The notes beneath the pieces were generated by a model. That model saw only the letters and a list, made by a program, of their open reading frames with translations. It did no database searches and was not told the DNA's origin. DNA of 63,037 bases, counting the filler, from Octopus bimaculoides (lineage: Eukaryota), in assembly GCF_001194135.2 (NCBI RefSeq). It is 5 parts of 5 records of this genome, joined end to end, with 100 filler letters (N's around TTAATTAATTAA, not from the genome) between each part and the next. Parts side by side here need not be neighbours in the genome. Positions count along the whole stretch, not along the records: positions 1 to 14,112 come from NC_068996.1; positions 14,213 to 29,627 come from NC_068994.1; 3 more parts are not named here. One strand, given 5' to 3'. Shown piece by piece: positions 12,692 through 24,265 of the stretch (positions are counted from its first letter, which is position 1; the number at the start of each line of letters is the position of its first letter). The position numbers were made by a program, and so were the translations under genes.

Positions 12692-12736
12692 GGCCAGAGT
12701 TCTTTCGTCACACTTCTGTGACCTCATCAGTGGTCC
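12692..12736 (-). ncRNA. Minimal type I hammerhead ribozyme
   Basis: GGACCA-CUGAUGA-G-GUCACA(GAAG)UGUGAC-GAAA-GAAC-UC-UGGCC: intact core, 6-bp stem II, 1-bp stem III with tetraloop, and stem I GG(A)CCA/UGGCC. It abuts an assembly gap. Confidence 0.8.
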
Positions 12737-12980
12737 TTTGCTTTCTTCTTTCTTATATGTGTCCCACCTTGCTAACTATCAGCCATTTTGTATTTTGTAT
12801 TTTGTATTCCTATTGTATGTGTCTACGCATGCGTATCCCTCTATGTGTGTCTATGTTTTGTAATTACATGTGTGTGTATGGGGAATGCTTGTATTATCTA
12901 TATCCTCTGTTAATACATGTTCGTTTATTTTTGTTTTTATTTATTTATTTGTTCATGTGTTTATATCTACTTTTGGGGGG

Positions 12981-13123
12981 GGGAGATGGATGGGTCATAA
13001 GTGCCTAACCAGGAGTTCCGACTTGACACCCAGTAACTTCTTTCTTTGGGGTCGGTTAATAGAAGAAGTTTACTGTACCAAACCAAAGACTTTGGAAGAA
13101 CTTGAAAAGTGAATACGTGAAGT

Positions 13124-13126
<3 letters not shown>
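12981..13126 (+). mobile_element. Tc1/mariner (rosa/maT-like) transposase C-terminal fragment, inverted duplicate of 13385-13517
   Basis: RWMGHKCLTRSSDLTPSNFFLWGRLIEEVYCTKPKTLEELEK resembles WPPRSPDLTPLDFFLWG. Confidence 0.85.
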
Positions 13127-13160
<34 letters not shown>

Positions 13161-13163
<3 letters not shown>

Positions 13164-13662
13164 CAAGAAGGAATGAAAAGTAACTTTTTATTTTAAACTA
13201 CTATAAATTATTTATTAATTGTAATTTTTTTTATCAAAACTGGATGAGAAAGGAAAGGTTTTAGTAAGTGGTATTATTTAAAATTTGATATGGGCTCCAG
13301 ATGTCGCCACCAGCTTCTTGAGTCGCCACGGAATTGCGTCAACTAATTTCACCTGGAACTCTTGTAGGATGGAAAACATACTTCTCATATTCGCTCTTCA
13401 AAGTCTTTGGTTTGGTACAGTAAACCTCTTCTATTAACCGACCCCCAAAGAAAGAAGTTACTGGGTGTCAAGTCGGAACTCTTGGTTAGGCACTCACTTG
13501 TGACCCATCCATCTCCCGGTGAAATGTGCTTTCACGAACGACGAGAGCAATACAATTACAGATTAAATTATCATGCTTTAAAAAGCAAACAAAAAAATTG
13601 AGAAAAGAATTACAATAGTTTATAAATATTTTTGAATAGAGAGTTACTTTTCAATTACCCTG

Positions 13663-13664
<2 letters not shown>
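13161..13664 (-). mobile_element. Internally deleted Tc1/mariner element with both TIRs
   Basis: Termini TACAAGAAGGAATGAAAAGTAACT and (reverse complement) TACAGGGTAATTGAAAAGTAACT sit in TA microsatellites. The interior encodes ...DLTPSNFFL... and ...VDAIPWRLKKLVATSGAHIKF*. Confidence 0.8.
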
Positions 13665-13741
<77 letters not shown>

Positions 13742-13761
13742 NNNNNNNNNNTATCTATCTA

Positions 13762-13805
<44 letters not shown>

Positions 13806-14156
13806 CATACATACATACATGAATGCAAAAGTGTGTCCGGTGCATATGTGTGACCTTCATGAACACGCCCCCTTCATTTATACAGATATGCATATGTTTG
13901 TATATATGCGGGAGTCTGAATGCATGTCTGTATACATATATATGTATATTTATACGTATAAGTGTCTAAATATATATGTATTACGTTACTTGTATGCATG
14001 TAAGCACCTATGTGGATGAGATATATATATATATATATAATATGTATTAATTATATTATTATTTGATTGAAAGCCATGCATCCATTTGCAAGTAAGTTTA
14101 TATATATATATANNNNNNNNNNNNNNNNNNNNNNNNNNNNNNNNNNNNNNNNNNNN

Positions 14157-14168
14157 TTAATTAATTAA
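14157..14168. other. Artificial contig linker TTAATTAATTAA within N padding (also 29672-29683, 42520-42531, 50885-50896)
   Basis: An identical all-frame-stop 12-mer is centred in N runs four times. This is an assembly artefact. Confidence 0.95.
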
Positions 14169-14212
14169 NNNNNNNNNNNNNNNNNNNNNNNNNNNNNNNN
14201 NNNNNNNNNNNN

Positions 14213-14517
14213 ATAGAGGTAACTCGAATGTGGAATCTAAAAACAGAAACAATTCCTATCATAGTAGGTGCCTTAGGTATAATAAAAAAATATTCAGACA
14301 AATACATAACAAAAACACTAGGACTTACAAATATATATAACATACAGAAAATTGCACTACTGGGCACTGCACACATCCTACGCAAAACACTTTCAATACA
14401 GTAACCATAAGAGTATCACAGCAAACCACAGTACATACCCAAGGCACACAGAGCTGCGCTCGGTAGTGAAGTGAAGGCACGTTATAAAAATAAAACTACT
14501 GAACAATAATAATAATA
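14213..14517 (+). mobile_element. R4/Dong-like RLE non-LTR retrotransposon 3' end with (AAT)n tail
   Basis: EVTRMWNLKTETIPIIVGALGIIKKY...QKIALLGTAHILRKTLSIQ*, then a 3' UTR ending in AATAATAATAA. Confidence 0.88.
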
Positions 14518-15498
14518 AAACTGATTGGTAAGAGTGGTTCGTAAAAATCATAATGTAAAGCAACTTGGAGAAGAATACAGATTCGTTTATAGGAAGAGAA
14601 AGGATAACTATTATATGTCCATATTTCATGAAAATATGAGAATAATAAAGAATTAGATGATGTAAATGTGTGGAATAGAATGGTAGAGAGTAAAGAAGAA
14701 ATGTTAGAGGAGTATATGTTTGAAGGTCGAGAAACAATAAGAATCTCTTATCCATTCTTTTTCGTACTTGCTTCCCACACATTCCCCGAAACTTATTCTC
14801 CATTATTTCAATACTCCCATGAAATAAGGAAACAATAATATTTACTCTTTCTCTTTGAAAAATGAGGTCCAAAATTGGCAGGAAATTCTTCTGCCAACGG
14901 CATATAAACTTAAAAATAATTATATTTTATCAATAAAATTTGACATGTATCTTGAACAGTAGTATGTGAGAGAGAACATGAGAGCGAAAGTGAGAAAGAA
15001 GGTGAAAGAGAAATAGGGAAAGAGAGGGTGGAATGTGAGAAAGTAATTTTCTGTATTTATATGTAATTGTATACAATTCTCCAAACATCCATACTTAAAT
15101 AAACAACGCGCATTCGCACTTATGTAGGTGTCAATGTGTTCATTTATGTATATGTTCGCACGAAATTTAAAGATGCATTGGTAACAATTGCTTGTTCATA
15201 ATGATCCAGATATACTGTAGCATTATGACAACACACGTTCATTTCCTGAGCTAACCTACCAAACGATATCACACAGTGAAGCTCAATTCATCAACATGAA
15301 TCTTTCCGCTACCTGCAGCTCAAGGATCATATTAAATCATTCAGCACGCGAAATCGATAATAGAATTTGAGAACGATTACAAATTTTCAAAGTGCATTAG
15401 GCTAAATAATTGATTTTATTTTACTGTCTTATTTGTGATAATATATTTCTAAGAAATGTAAATTGAACTATTTAACAACTACTTTGTCTTTCCTTAGG

Positions 15499-15547
15499 CT
15501 TATCATTACATTGTTGGCGTTATATCGTATATCATTTCCGCAACAGG
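15499..15547 (+). CDS. Candidate exon (AYHYIVGVISYIISAT), hydrophobic; gene unknown
   Basis: TTTGTCTTTCCTTAG| acceptor and CAG|GTAAGC donor; 49 nt, phase 0 to 1 in this frame. An alternative frame, LIITLLALYRISFPQQ, is also open and hydrophobic. Confidence 0.5.
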
Positions 15548-16927
15548 TAAGCGGATATTATCTTATTTCTAGTTATACCTTTGCTCTAGATATTTAAAAA
15601 AAAAAAGAGAATGATTCTTGTAGATTAGTAAAATGTTATCCTTTTAGAATGAGGAATAAAAATTAAAAGCTAATCAATACCACCAAACGTTTGTTATTGT
15701 TAATCTTAATAACCAAAACACGGACAATATAGTATGTTTATATACCCTCGTGGGGCAGAAGCCAATACTGGTGGATTCATCGAGATGTAGCCATAAAACA
15801 GTTAAAAACATTTCATAATCTGATATACGATTTTGTTACTGAACTCTTAAAACGATAAATAAATAGAAAGAAATAAAAATCAAAAGCAAATCAAAACACA
15901 TTGACATAAATTCAATATATTGTCATGCATAAAACGTGTTCGCTCAGTCCATAAGAAATAGTAACCAAATTTCCCCTAAATCGCACTCTCTTTTTTAAAT
16001 GAGGAAACAGCATCCAAGATAAAATCTTAAATTTTCTTAAAAGGTGGGATGGCCATGGTTGAGCTTATAAATTTGATCATCGATTTGTTGATTTATAACC
16101 TGACCTAAACAGCAATCAACAGTCATTTTTCATACCTATGCAATATCATTTATTAAGTGTCACACGTTGTTTCTATGTTGAGGAAATGATACCAAAATCT
16201 GTTTGGTGGAATTTATATCACCAATGTTGATATTATTTCATCAATGTTAAATAATTTTGTTTATTGTAGGAGCCAACCAAACTGATTTGAATTTAAATTT
16301 TAATCCGTTTCCTGGAAAAAGTTGTTGACAATGATTATGTGAGAATTAAACTTTCTTAGATCAAACAGGTTTTGTACAGTGTGTGTTGATTTTCAGATGC
16401 CAAACCTGAATAGGTGAGGCAAATATTTCTGTGCAATATTGAATTAAGAGACAGTAAAATAATTTTCTCAGAAGAAAACTAGTAATTGCTTTGTTAATTA
16501 AATTAGGGATTCATTGATTGAATAAATATTTTAATATGATTTCTTTCTGTTAAAATTTAAAGTGTGATTACTTGTTTGTGTTGTAATTAAAAAAGTTTGA
16601 TTAAAGCGCGCTTGCATGTGTAGATTCTTCCACATGGTTTATTGAATCATATAACTACTTTCATCTGGTATGAATGGAATCCTTTCCCAGTTTGTTATTC
16701 CATTAGTGATGCAACTAATGAATTGATAAACATGGCGATAATAATGATTTCTATCATTGGCACTGTAGTTAATTGATTAAATTGAGCTTGAACATTACTG
16801 GTAATTATTCTTTTCAGCATTTAATTCCGCAGTCGACATTCATTCTTACCACTCTAGTCTTAAAGAATAGCAATACGTCTTTTCAGTTATACAACATGCA
16901 GAATTTAGATTAGCAATGAAAAATTTG

Positions 16928-16978
16928 TTTAGGTGGTTTAGTTTCAGAGTTTAAAACTCTGAAACTAAACCACCTAAA
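16928..16978. repeat. Perfect palindrome, 25-bp arms with a 1-nt centre
   Basis: TTTAGGTGGTTTAGTTTCAGAGTTT-A-AAACTCTGAAACTAAACCACCTAAA. Confidence 0.97.
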
Positions 16979-17112
16979 TATTTTTTATTATACCTAAGGC
17001 ACCTACTATGATAAGAGTTGTTTCTGTTTTTAGATTCCACACTCCAGTTACCTCTATTTCCAGGTCTTTGTATTTTGAAAGTTTCTTCATTTCGTTTAGG
17101 GAAACGTTGTCT
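16979..17112 (-). mobile_element. R4/Dong-like RLE fragment, 5' junction in (AAT)n
   Basis: DNVSLNEMKKLSKYKDLEIEVTGVWNLKTETTLIIVGALGIIKNI; same family as 14213-14517; abuts (ATT)n at 17113-17177. Confidence 0.88.
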
Positions 17113-17127
17113 ATTATTATTATTATG

Positions 17128-17178
<51 letters not shown>

Positions 17179-17658
17179 CAAACAGTTGAAAATATGGAAT
17201 AAAGGTATTTCATTAAAATATGCAAACAAGCGTTATTAAAACACGTTAAGCAAAATCAGTTTTCATAACGCCAACGAAGGATCCGCTGTGCGATCGCTCG
17301 ATCTGTTACAATAAGCCAAGAGACAAATATTTCCTAAATCACATTCTAATACATTCTTGCAAATTCATAAATATTTGTACATACTTTCCTGGTATATTTT
17401 TAACATATGCATAACATGAACATGTTCAACGTGTTCATATGTAAAGGACAACTAGATTGCTGCAGCTGACCAGTTTTCTTTATGTACATCTCAAAAATTA
17501 TATGAAAATCGTTGGAACTTATAAAATTATTAAGAACATAATGTTTACAGCTTTTTGAGTGATTGGAGAATAATGGAAAAACATTATTGGTTTACTGTTA
17601 AAGACGAATGAATTGTAAGAAATTGATAAGTAAACGACTTTTGAAAAATTACCAATAG

Positions 17659-17780
17659 CTGGAGCCTATAAAGGTGGGATCAGCTTGGAGCCCAGAGCGC
17701 TAAGAAGTGGTCCAAAGATATCTGAGGAACTCTTGCTTAAGGCTCTTTTAAATTTTGACGGAATCGGGCCTGGTGGGTTC
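17659..17780 (+). CDS. Candidate exon (AGAYKGGISLEPRALRSGPKISEELLLKALLNFDGIGPGGF...), running into a gap
   Basis: An open, GC-richer frame after a weak CAATAG acceptor in phase 1. The donor is not visible because of the gap. Confidence 0.35.
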
Positions 17781-18463
17781 NNNNNNNNNNNNNNNNNNNN
17801 NNNNNNNNNNNNNNNNNNNNNNNNNNNNNNNNNNNNNNNNNNNNNNNNNNNNNNNNNNNNNNNNNNNNNNNNNNNNNNNNNNNNNNNNNNNNNNNNNNNN
17901 NNNNNNNNNNNNNNNNNNNNNNNNNNNNNNNNNNNNNNNNNNNNNNNNNNNNNNNNNNNNNNNNNNNNNNNNNNNNNNNNNNNNNNNNNNNNNNNNNNNN
18001 NNNNNNNNNNNNNNNNNNNNNNNNNNNNNNNNNNNNNNNNNNNNNNNNNNNNNNNNNNNNNNNNNNNNNNNNNNNNNNNNNNNNNNNNNNNNNNNNNNNN
18101 NNNNNNNNNNNNNNNNNNNNNNNNNNNNNNNNNNNNNNNNNNNNNNNNNNNNNNNNNNNNNNNNNNNNNNNNNNNNNNNNNNNNNNNNNNNNNNNNNNNN
18201 NNNNNNNNNNNNNNNNNNNNNNNNNNNNNNNNNNNNNNNNNNNNNNNNNNNNNNNNNNNNNNNNNNNNNNNNNNNNNNNNNNNNNNNNNNNNNNNNNNNN
18301 NNNNNNNNNNNNNNNNNNNNNNNNNNNNNNNNNNNNNNNNNNNNNNNNNNNNNNNNNNNNNNNNNNNNNNNNNNNNNNNNNNNNNNNNNNNNNNNNNNNN
18401 NNNNNNNNNNNNNNNNNNNNNNNNNNNNNNNNNNNNNNNNNNNACACGTACTAACGCATATGA

Positions 18464-18504
<41 letters not shown>

Positions 18505-18808
18505 GCAGAAAACATTTCAGAAGAATATGGCATCTGATCACTACGAGCAGAAGAAACAAAAATATAAAATATTCTCCTTGGAAGTTAACAGCTTTGTAAC
18601 ATATTTTAAATCCATAAGCTGGATTTTTTCGACCATCAGTATTATAACTAAATAGCTCCAATGATTCCAGGAATCATGATGTTAATTCTTTCATTCCAGA
18701 CATACAGTGAAAAGTCTCTATTTTAGTAATGTAGTAGTGAAGGCATAATCATTACTAGGTCAGACAAAATGACAAAATGCTTAGCAGCATTTCTTTAGAA
18801 TTTACACT

Positions 18809-18950
18809 CTGAGTTCAAATGTCGACACGGTCTACTTTACCTTTCATTCCTTTCGGGGTCGGTGAAATAAGTATTAGTTGATTACTGGGATAGATGTAGT
18901 CGACTTATCTCCACCCTTGAAATTGTTGGCCTTTACTAAAATTTGAAACC
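18809..18950 (+). mobile_element. SINE family A, diverged 3' part
   Basis: TGAGTTCAAAT...CTTTCATTCCTTTCGGGGTCG.T.AAATAAGTA matches 27101-27313. Confidence 0.75.
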
Positions 18951-19274
18951 AATTACGTAATAGTAAAATACTAATAATAATCCATGAGACTTCTGGGGAG
19001 TTGTTAACGAATCCGTTGACTGCGATTTTGACTGAAGAAAATTGAAGTGGAAACTAAAATAAAGTGCTGCGATATGTGAAGAATTGTACAAAATCACTGA
19101 GCTTATATCAATGTTGTTTCGATCTGCCTTATATATTTATAATTAGTTATCATATAACGCAATAATTTACTAATTAAGATAACCTTCTCCATACCTATCC
19201 CATTCGAAATATCATCATTAGTAACAGGTTCAATATAGAGAAATTCTCTATTTTCTGTTGTGGCGTTTACTAAG

Positions 19275-19424
19275 ATTCCTATTCAATATATTCTGAAAGC
19301 AATAAAGTTAGCCAGATTTCAATTATCCCTTTATCGATCAGTTATCGTTTAGAACGTGGCCACTGTTTGATCAGTGCAGTCAATTTCCTGCTAGAACCAT
19401 ATATTTACTACGAAGTCAACTTCA
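19275..19424 (+). CDS. Weak candidate exon (DSYSIYSESNKV...LERGHCLISAVNFLLEPYIYYEVNF)
   Basis: 150-nt phase 1 to 1 open segment that would join in frame to 20018; the A|GTAATA donor is weak. Confidence 0.2.
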
Positions 19425-20017
19425 GTAATAATAATACTGAATTATGCTTGAAGCAATGCTACCAGGCTGCATTCTGATAAAGGTTAAACGTTGTACAAGA
19501 GAAGTTGAGACTACAAAATAATGTACTTGAAATGAAAATTGTAAATAGACATTTACTAACAAAATAATAATAAAGACTATATTAACATTAACAATGGAAA
19601 AACTTACTAAATCTATCTGCATTGTAAAGTCTGACACATTAAAGAATTATGTTAACGCTGGCTGATACTAAATCTAATCATTTTGTTTTAAATATTTAGT
19701 ATTAATAAATAGATGGTGAGCAACATGACTCAAATGCAGTGTTGATTAAAAATTAAGAGAATCTTAAAATCTGAGAACAACAATTATTGACTATGGCACC
19801 TAGTATTTATATCCTGTTGTCAATTGTTTATTATATTCAAATCATGGCCAAAACATTTCACATATATATAAGAGAATTCCTTCTTTGGTTCCTACGTTGG
19901 TGGTCACTATTGTAGTGCATATACGACACAAACAGAGTATTCTTCAAAAGTGCGGCCAAAGTTTTCCATAAGCGCTATTTAGAAAAAGGATTTTCTTCAT
20001 GGCAGAGTTGTTTTAAG

Positions 20018-20100
20018 GAACTGTAAATATTGGTGGAGTGCCTCCACTAACAAGCCCAATAAATGACCGGTATTTATATCGAGCCTGGAGTGAAGAAAAC
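20018..20100 (+). CDS. Candidate exon (TVNIGGVPPLTSPINDRYLYRAWSEEN)
   Basis: GTTGTTTTAAG| acceptor and AAC|GTAAGT donor; 83 nt, phase 1 to 0, open frame. Confidence 0.45.
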
Positions 20101-20186
20101 GTAAGTCGATCTAACGGGATTTGAAGATAGAAAAGGATATTACTAAATTCCATAAGGCACATAACAGTTTCTGCCATCCCATTACG

Positions 20187-20230
<44 letters not shown>

Positions 20231-20240
20231 NNNNNNNNNN

Positions 20241-20281
<41 letters not shown>

Positions 20282-20499
20282 TATTAGTAAGAAAAATCGG
20301 GCGTCTGAAAGTAATTTCAATTAATTCTAAGGCCGTATCATCCAGCGCAAGGTGAAAAACCAATCTAAAGAAATTTAGATGAAATTAAGTCCTAAATGAA
20401 AACTCTGGTCAAATGTATTTGACTATATTTTAGTGAAAACCCTAAACTACAAATTAAATCCAGTAGATCGGTATGTGGTGAATTTGGTTCCATTCAGGA

Positions 20500-21555
20500 A
20501 TCCTTGTAGATGGAATCATTAAGAGAATTTCAAGAGAAAATATCTTGCTCAACTTAAGAATCAATTATGTGGTATTATTCATTAGAAGAAAATTTGAATG
20601 GAAAGTTCTCACGATTATGAAATCCGCTTACTAGAAAACAAAAGTTAGAATGATATGAAATATATAGCCGAGTAAATTAGAGATAATACTGCATAGAAGA
20701 CAGATATCAGGGAAGATGCAATGCTCAGTGACAAAGGAGATATGACTTTTAATGATTAAGCAATCAAAATAAATGGATGGCACATAGATGGAAATTGATT
20801 GGAATCTTTAGAAAGCTATGAGGAACTGAAACTTAAGTATAGTAACGATAACACTTTACGGAATTAAGGCATTAAGAGTTAAGATAAAGGAATATCATAA
20901 ATGTTTTGTAACAAGGATATCTGGAAAAGTTGTTTCATCCTAAACACACAAAGGCATAGACAGTAGATGCATGAGTAGGGAAGAAAGTGACCTGAATGAA
21001 ATTCTATCAAATATGTGCAAGCTTTGAAAGAAAATCAGGAATCAATTTCGTAATTTGCCATGTGAATGAAAAATACTTGCTGGGAATAATTACGTTAAAA
21101 GGCATAAAAATGCATTGATGATCTTAGAAGTAGTTTTAGTAAAGTAAGGAGGATTGATTAAAAAATAGTTATAGAGCTAAATTTGTGAAAGAGTGCAATT
21201 TCATATGTGACTGACGAAAATAACTGTGTTGGGATATTGAATTTCACTGGCGTAAAACTACTTCTGCTAACACACTAAATATAACTTTTGTGAATGACCT
21301 CAAAAAGCAAATATAGATTATTTGATATGGCCTGTCCCAGTGAGAAAGTACAAAGCAAACTAGGAAAGCAGTAATATTTAGCTTTTGAAATGTGTGACAA
21401 GATGGGAGGATAAAATGTGAAGCTTGCATGAGAGACAATGGACAGTAAAAAAAAAAGCTAAAGTTTTTACGAAGATTCAGAAACCTTTGTGTGAAAGTGA
21501 AATGATACTGACAAAAGTATTGCCTAAAATTTAATTCTCTGTGTTGAAGGGTTGA
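20500..21555 (+). mobile_element. Heavily decayed R4/R2-type RLE non-LTR retrotransposon C-terminal region
   Basis: Remnants NMCKL...ESIS...NYVKRHKNALMIL (CCHC/RH region) and LFDMACPSE...LAFE (RLE domain). Confidence 0.6.
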
Positions 21556-21579
21556 CAAATGCTTGGTAGCCTGAAATAT

Positions 21580-21779
21580 TTATAACCACAAGGCCAGCAA
21601 TTTTGGAGGAGGAGGTAAGTCGATTAAATCGACCCCAATGCTCGACTGGTGCTTACCTTATTGACCCTGAAAAGGCAAAGTCGACCTCGGCGAAATTTGA
21701 ACTCAGAACGTAAAGACGAACGAAATGCCGCTAAGCATTTTTCCGGCGAGCTAACGATTCTGTCAGCTCGCCGTCTTAA
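21580..21779 (-). mobile_element. SINE family A (tRNA-derived), near full length
   Basis: Reverse complement of the 27101-27313 copy. Confidence 0.9.
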
Positions 21780-21849
21780 TAATCATTGCAATATTCTGGA
21801 GAAAATGCTGTGAGTCCAGTATAACAATCATAACTGTATTTATTGCATG

Positions 21850-22430
21850 GATCTAGATAAAATTTGATGATATGATGTAATAATTGTTGGTGATTTATAC
21901 TTTCCCAAATGAGTTGATTGCAAGAAGGTGTTTTCACACTGATTTACAAGATATCGATTCTTGAACATTGATTTCCTGTCACAGAATTGATTACAGTACC
22001 TCTGTAAATTGGAAGCTGCACAACTTCCACCAGAAAAGCATTCCGATGTATAGCTTTATCTTTTCTGTTTATATATTGAAGTTGGTTTCACCTCGTTGGC
22101 CTTGTTCGCATATCGCCAATCCTGACAAACATTTCTTCAGGAAAAAGTTGAAGAAAATACTCAACGGGCTTTGTTCCTAGGCTCAAAGATTTTGTAAGAC
22201 TGACATAACCGGCAAAAGCATTGATGCAATTATCAACTACGTGAACACTTTACGCTTACTCGACGAATCCGATATAAATTCCAGTTAGAATCATTTAGAT
22301 TATTGGTGGATACAGTAGACGTTGAAGTATCTATATCTTCTTCAAGCCCAAGATCTCTTTCCCTTATTACCATTAATAATGTCCCTGAATTTTAAACTAT
22401 CACTTGAGGAATCACTCACCATGATACTTG
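21850..22430 (-). mobile_element. piggyBac-like transposase N-terminal remnant
   Basis: KPVEYFLQLFPEEMFVRI...EKIKLYIGMLF resembles the PGBD segment P..FF.LFF..E...I....EIK.FIG.L; an acidic/Ser-rich N-terminus lies upstream. Confidence 0.65.
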
Positions 22431-23449
22431 AAAATCGAAGCAAGAAAAAAATTCGAAGTAATTTACTGAATAAGCAACAGATATAAATGTTCGTTCTAAA
22501 TTTTGTTTCTCGCATAAAAGCTTCTACATTGCATTTCCAAATACCGACACTATTTTTAATTGCAGTTTCCTGCGGACAAAGTGATATTTGGGTTACTGTT
22601 CTCTCAAGCCAAGCAACATTTCGAAATATTAATTCGGTTAGATATAGATTTGTTCGGTTTATAAAAAACTAACCTTACTTATGAGTAGTGTATCTGCTCA
22701 CTAGTCATCATCGAATGCACGAAATTATAAACATATTGATTAGTCTAATCATTACGATATTAGCATATTAATTAGTCTAGCATGATATCAAACTATTCAT
22801 TCATTTGTTTTCAAGAAACAAGAAAGATATATGACTTGACAACATCACATATTAATTTGATACAATGGTATAATTCAATAAAGCAGGAGCCAATCACAAG
22901 TAATTCTACTGCTATTCCGTTGGTGGTTAACAAAAGTAAGCTTAATAGAACTACGACTATCTGTTTAGTAAATCGGTTAGATAATTAAGAATAATTAATT
23001 TACTAATTTCATTGCTTGTATTGATTCGGTTAACGTTAATTGGTTTCATTTATAAGACTCTACATCTCTTGTAGCAGAAAGCTCCTAAACAACCAATGTT
23101 ATTAATTTGTACTCCATATTCATTAAAATTGATGTAGCATGCTTGAATTGATGCCTATTAAATATAATTCTTTTACATTAAGTTGACTTCGAATACTGCC
23201 TGTTATTAGGGTTAAGTTAATTTCTCTTTAGATACTCATTTCACTATTTCCAACCTAACTACATTCGATCCCTGAACTAGAATTTACGTTCTCGCTTTAA
23301 ACAAGGTATTAGAAATTCTAGTTAAGTGTAAGAGTATTGATATTTCACTTACGTTGATGTCATTTTGATTTCAGAATCAACGTATTGTGAGAAAGATAAA
23401 TCATTTTATAATATAAGTCGAAATAAAAATATTGGTTGCTAAAGTAGGG

Positions 23450-23585
23450 CATATTTTATTTTAGCCTCCTGAGAGGTGAAGTCGACATCGGCGAAATTTG
23501 AACTCGTAACATAAAGACAGACGAAAGGCTGCTAAGTATTTTACCAGCGTGCAAACTAGTCTGTTAAAGTCTGTCATACCGGCCA
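23450..23585 (-). mobile_element. SINE family A, 5' part
   Basis: AAGTCGACATCGGCGAAATTTGAACTC...AAGACAGACGAAA..GCTAAGTATTTT. Confidence 0.75.
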
Positions 23586-24039
23586 TGACGAAGGGAAATA
23601 GCCCTGAAACTCGAGTCGCCTTTATATATTTATATTTATATATTTGATCCTTTATATTGAACACTCAATATTTCATCTACATTCAATAATTTCTTTCATG
23701 GTGCCATCCATTTTTATTTTATTTTATTGTATATTATATATTGTATATTATATTATATATTGTATATTCCATATTTTATACCCCACATTGGTTCTGCAGG
23801 AATATAAATAAAACATAAAAAACAGACAGTGTTGGAACTCTTTTAAACAAAATAATATATANNNNNNNNNNNNNNNNNNNNNNNNNNNNNNNNNNNNNNN
23901 NNNNNNNNNNNNNNNNNNNNNNNNNNNNNNNNNNNNNNNNNNNNNNNNNNNNNNNNNNNNNNNNNNNNNNNNNNNNNNNNNNNNNNNNNNNNNNNNNNNN
24001 NNNNNNNNNNNNNNNNGTGTGTGTTTGTGTTTGTGTGCG

Positions 24040-24265
24040 TTTGTGTGTGTTTGTGTGTTTGTGTGTGTGTGTGTATTTTATGTGTCTGTGTTTGTTCCCC
24101 CACCATCGTTTGACAACAGATGTTGGTGTCCTTATGTCCCCGTAACCTGGCGGTTCAGCAAAAGGGGCCGAAAGAATAAGTCCTGGGGTCGATTTGTTCG
24201 GCTAAAGGTGGTGCTCCTGCATGGTCGCAGTCAAATGACTGAAACAAGTAAAAAAAATAAAAGAA
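24040..24265 (+). mobile_element. SINE family C 3' half
   Basis: CATCGTTTGACAAC.GATG...GAATAAGTCCTGGGGTCGATTTG...GCAGTCAAATGACTGAAACAAGTAAAA. Confidence 0.88.
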
